Below are positions 59,363 through 62,321 of a stretch of DNA of 62,321 bases, in pieces. The notes below the pieces were generated by a model. It searched no databases and was not told where the DNA came from. It saw nothing but the letters and a program-made list of their open reading frames with translations. The stretch spans positions 1 to 62,321 of the forward strand of contig JBQTHI010000047.1 in the NCBI GenBank assembly GCA_052390035.1, read 5' to 3'. The position numbers and the translations under genes are program-made. The number at the start of each line of letters is the position of its first letter. Position 1 is the stretch's first letter. Source of the DNA: Actinomycetota bacterium (GTDB lineage: Bacteria > Actinomycetota > Acidimicrobiia > Spongiisociales > ZC4RG35).

Positions 59363-60733
59363 ATGCATCGCGTATTCGGTGGGAAATCGGTTCTGTTGAT
59401 CGTCGTTCTTGTCGGGGTGGCGACCGCCTGCTCCGGCAGTGGCGCCGCCACCACCGCCGCATTCGAGACGGTCGGTGACGAACTCGGTGTGGCAGGTGCG
59501 CCGGCCACCACCGCCGCCGGCGCCTTTGAAACCACCGCTCCTGCGGCGTCTGAGGAGGGTGACTTGTCCCGCGGGGGACCAACCGCCCTCGGAACCGGAG
59601 GAGTGGCCCAGGTGACCACCGACCCGGTGGACCTCGGGCGCGACATCGTATTCACCGCCGAGGTGATCGTGGCGGCGACCGATGTTATGACCGCCGGTGA
59701 GGAGGCCAGCCGGATCATTCAGAGTCTCGGCGGCCTCGTTTTCGGTCAGAGGACCGTCGGCCCACCCGAGCCGCAGACGGTGCTGGTTTTTAAAGTGTTC
59801 CCGGAGGATTTCCAAACCGCGCTCGACCGGCTCGGCGCCATCGGCGAGCTCCGCTCGCAAAACATCTCAGCCGACGACGTAACCGAACGGGTGGTCGACC
59901 TCGAAAGCCGGGTCAACACTGCTCAAGCGTCGGTGGAGAGGCTGCGAGGATTCCTCGCCAACGCCCAAGCCATCGACGTAATCGCCGAGATCGAAAACCA
60001 GCTGCTCGTCCGGGAGACCGAGCTCGAAACCCTGCGCGGGCAGTTGCGCACCCTGGAGGATGCTGTAGCGCTGGCCACCATCACGCTCACCATCACCGAG
60101 GCGAGCAGCCGGCCCGAGCTCAGGCTTGATGTGACCGCCTACCCCGGACATGATGGTGCGGGGCTGTCTTGCCCGGGCAGTGCCGGGCTCGAGGTGGAGG
60201 AGGGTGGAGCATTCACCCTCTGCCTCGAAGTGACAAACGTCGGTGATACGTTGTTGAAAGGCTTTGAGGTGCGGGACCCCATCCTCGACATCGAGCTCGA
60301 TGATCTCATCGTGGTGTTCGGCGACCCCGCCGCCACCATCGAGCCCGGTCAGTCGATCCTGTTCGCCTACGAAGCGCTCGCCGAGCGGGACATCCGCACC
60401 CAGACGACGGTCACGGCCCAACCGGTAGCCGAAGACGGAACTCCGCTACCCGGACGGGAGGCCGCGGCCACTGTGTCGATCTTCATCAACGCCGTCGACC
60501 CCGGTGGCATCCCCACATTCGCCGAAGGCCTGGAGGCGAGCTGGGAGCTATTGATCCGGTTTGGTCAGGTAACCCTCCTCATCCTCGGATCGTTGCTGCC
60601 CTTCGTGTGGGTGCCGATCGGGCTCTTGCTCTTGGCCCGCTGGCGGCGCACCCAGAAGACGAAGGCGACCGTCGCTCCCCCGCCGGATGCCGCGGCTCGA
60701 GAGCCGATCGGAGTGGGCAGCCGCGACGAGTAG
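59363..60733 (+). CDS. DUF4349-domain lipoprotein with C-terminal TM
   Basis: Lipobox ATAC, DVTERVVDLESR...IENQL...ELETLRGQLRTL coiled coil, C-terminal hydrophobic segment. Confidence 0.8.
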   Translation: MHRVFGGKSVLLIVVLVGVATACSGSGAATTAAFETVGDELGVAGAPATTAAGAFETTAPAASEEGDLSRGGPTALGTGGVAQVTTDPVDLGRDIVFTAEVIVAATDVMTAGEEASRIIQSLGGLVFGQRTVGPPEPQTVLVFKVFPEDFQTALDRLGAIGELRSQNISADDVTERVVDLESRVNTAQASVERLRGFLANAQAIDVIAEIENQLLVRETELETLRGQLRTLEDAVALATITLTITEASSRPELRLDVTAYPGHDGAGLSCPGSAGLEVEEGGAFTLCLEVTNVGDTLLKGFEVRDPILDIELDDLIVVFGDPAATIEPGQSILFAYEALAERDIRTQTTVTAQPVAEDGTPLPGREAAATVSIFINAVDPGGIPTFAEGLEASWELLIRFGQVTLLILGSLLPFVWVPIGLLLLARWRRTQKTKATVAPPPDAAAREPIGVGSRDE

Positions 60734-61014
60734 GTAGCGTCTCCGGGGTGGAACCGATCACCTTTCGGGGATGGGGCGGTAAGGAGCTGGCTCCATCGAT
60801 CCGTCCATCCGAGGGGTGGAGTCCTGCTGGACGTGCTCTCCGGTGAAGCCGTTCGGCGGTAACGGCAACCGAGCCCGGTGCGGAGCTCGTGCTTCGGATG
60901 ACCGATGTGGTCGTCGACCTCGAGGAATGTGAGAAGGAGGAGCCTCCGGCCTCGGAAGATCCCTGTGATTTGGGGCTGTGCGGCCCGCGCCGCACTTTGT
61001 GACCCGCGTCTCTG

Positions 61015-62321
61015 TCAGCTGAAGCCGAACACCGGCGGGAGAGCGGCGACCACGGTCGCCGCCCAGAGGGCGAAGATTGGGAGGTAGGAGGTCTGCCATC
61101 GCTCGAGGCGGCGGAAGACGATCCCGCCCCTGAGAAACCGTATTGAGAGCCAGCCGGTCCCCACCAGGTTCACCAACAGGACGAGGTTGAGGCCGAGCGC
61201 GGCCACGCGGTTCGGGGTGAACCCGAGGTCACCGATCCGGGCCACCATCGCCCCGAGCACCATCACGTCGAGCAACAGGGCGCCGGCGACCGCCACCAGT
61301 TGGACCCGGTCTGCCATCCCAGGCGGCAGGTCCGGCTCGCGGGCGGACATCGAATAGAGGACGAGCCCGAGCACGACCACCATGAGGGCGTCAAACACTC
61401 CGAGTAGCTCGCGATCGAACGCGCCGTCGCGGCCCGACACGACGTAGGCGGCCGAGGCCACGGTCAGCATCACGGCGAACAGCGGAGTGAAGAGCTTGGT
61501 GAGCACCGGAGCCATGTTCTCCACCACGCGCTGCTTGGACTCGACGAGCCACCCCGCCACGATCGCGGCACCGGCGGCACCGGACGGCAGGACCCACTCG
61601 ATCACCCTTTCGGCGAGGAAATGCCCGATCGGCTCGAGGATGAGCGCGGTGAGCAGGAGCAGCACGCCGCCGCCTAGGGCGATGAGCACGTAGTAGATGA
61701 CCCACTCGCCGGTGAAGCGGACGAAGTCCATGCGCCGCTCGTGCGCTCGGATCGTGCCGCCCATGTACGGGTAGGCGACGACGAACCAGAGCGCGACGGG
61801 CAGGTAGAGGATGACGAGCGCCTCGGTGTCCGAGTCCGTCCCGAAGACCTCGGTGCCGGAGCCCCCACTCCACGGGTAGAGGTTGACCACGAGGGCAGCG
61901 AGTACGAACGGTGCCGCCATCAGCACGCAGCGCCGATTGTCGAGCTGCCGTTGGCGAGCGAAGTACGCGGCGAGGAACGCCAACACGATCAGGCTGGCGT
62001 TACGCGCGAGCCAGCCCGGCTCCTCGTCGGGGAAGCCGGCAGCGAGGCGTGCGACCTGGATCGCGACGGCCGCGCCGACCGCGAAGGCGAGCGCCGCGAG
62101 CCAGCCGCCGGACGCCCGCGCCGGCGCGTCCTCGCCGCCCAGGATGAGCTGCTTCCACAGTCGGCCGCTGTGCTCGCGGGCGAACTCCCGAGACAGAGCG
62201 TCGAGGTCGCCCATGCGTTTCACTGCGACCAGGAACGCCTCGTCGGGTGCGAGGCCGACGGCGTGCAGCTCGGCGATCTGGTGTCGAAGATGATCCTCCA
62301 GCTCGTCGACGTCGTGGCCGT
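61015..62321 (-). CDS. Multi-pass membrane protein with 'permease prefix' N-terminal domain, 5'-truncated by window edge
   Basis: Frame open to the window end (DELEDHLRHQIAELHAVGLAPDEAFLVAVKRMG), many TM segments, GFTPNR motif. Confidence 0.8.
   Translation of the reverse strand, partial: GHDVDELEDHLRHQIAELHAVGLAPDEAFLVAVKRMGDLDALSREFAREHSGRLWKQLILGGEDAPARASGGWLAALAFAVGAAVAIQVARLAAGFPDEEPGWLARNASLIVLAFLAAYFARQRQLDNRRCVLMAAPFVLAALVVNLYPWSGGSGTEVFGTDSDTEALVILYLPVALWFVVAYPYMGGTIRAHERRMDFVRFTGEWVIYYVLIALGGGVLLLLTALILEPIGHFLAERVIEWVLPSGAAGAAIVAGWLVESKQRVVENMAPVLTKLFTPLFAVMLTVASAAYVVSGRDGAFDRELLGVFDALMVVVLGLVLYSMSAREPDLPPGMADRVQLVAVAGALLLDVMVLGAMVARIGDLGFTPNRVAALGLNLVLLVNLVGTGWLSIRFLRGGIVFRRLERWQTSYLPIFALWAATVVAALPPVFGFS

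Noticed and set aside
60748-61002. Selenoprotein across TGA 60844-60846
   Set aside because: No redox motif, no recognisable homology and no evident SECIS; at most a relic.

Overview
A 62.3 kb high-GC bacterial window, most consistent with an actinobacterium of the class Acidimicrobiia. That placement is inferred from the Cpa-type Cdc48 ATPase, Rv2191-like nuclease, actinobacterial LexA box, F420-type LLM oxidoreductase and Cys-containing SLH-like repeats. Most of it is housekeeping: a his operon with a TrpR-like regulator, gatCAB, dapCDE, ligA, mnmA/iscS, two ECF sigma/anti-sigma pairs, aceK and secreted proteases. The standout is a ~16 kb divergent aromatic-catabolic cluster (8615-24690) lying between hisA and the rest of the his operon. 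Its leftward arm encodes two tandem catechol 2,3-dioxygenases, a histidine phosphatase, a two-subunit phenylphosphate-synthase-like (PpsB/PpsA, CreI/CreH-like) kinase, a Rieske non-heme oxygenase, a small CxxC-CxxC protein, a HAD phosphatase and an atypical SDR. Its rightward arm encodes an IclR regulator, the 4-oxalocrotonate branch of meta-cleavage and a Rieske ferredoxin. No UbiD-type carboxylase, P450 or multicomponent phenol hydroxylase is present, which suggests an aerobic 'phosphorylate-oxygenate-dephosphorylate' route from a phenol to catechol (a hypothesis). A repeated palindrome marks two likely IclR operators. Three single-base frameshifts (metalloprotease, dmpF, moxR remnant) and one truncated AhpD-like gene are visible. 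No rRNA, tRNA, CRISPR array or transposase was recognised.
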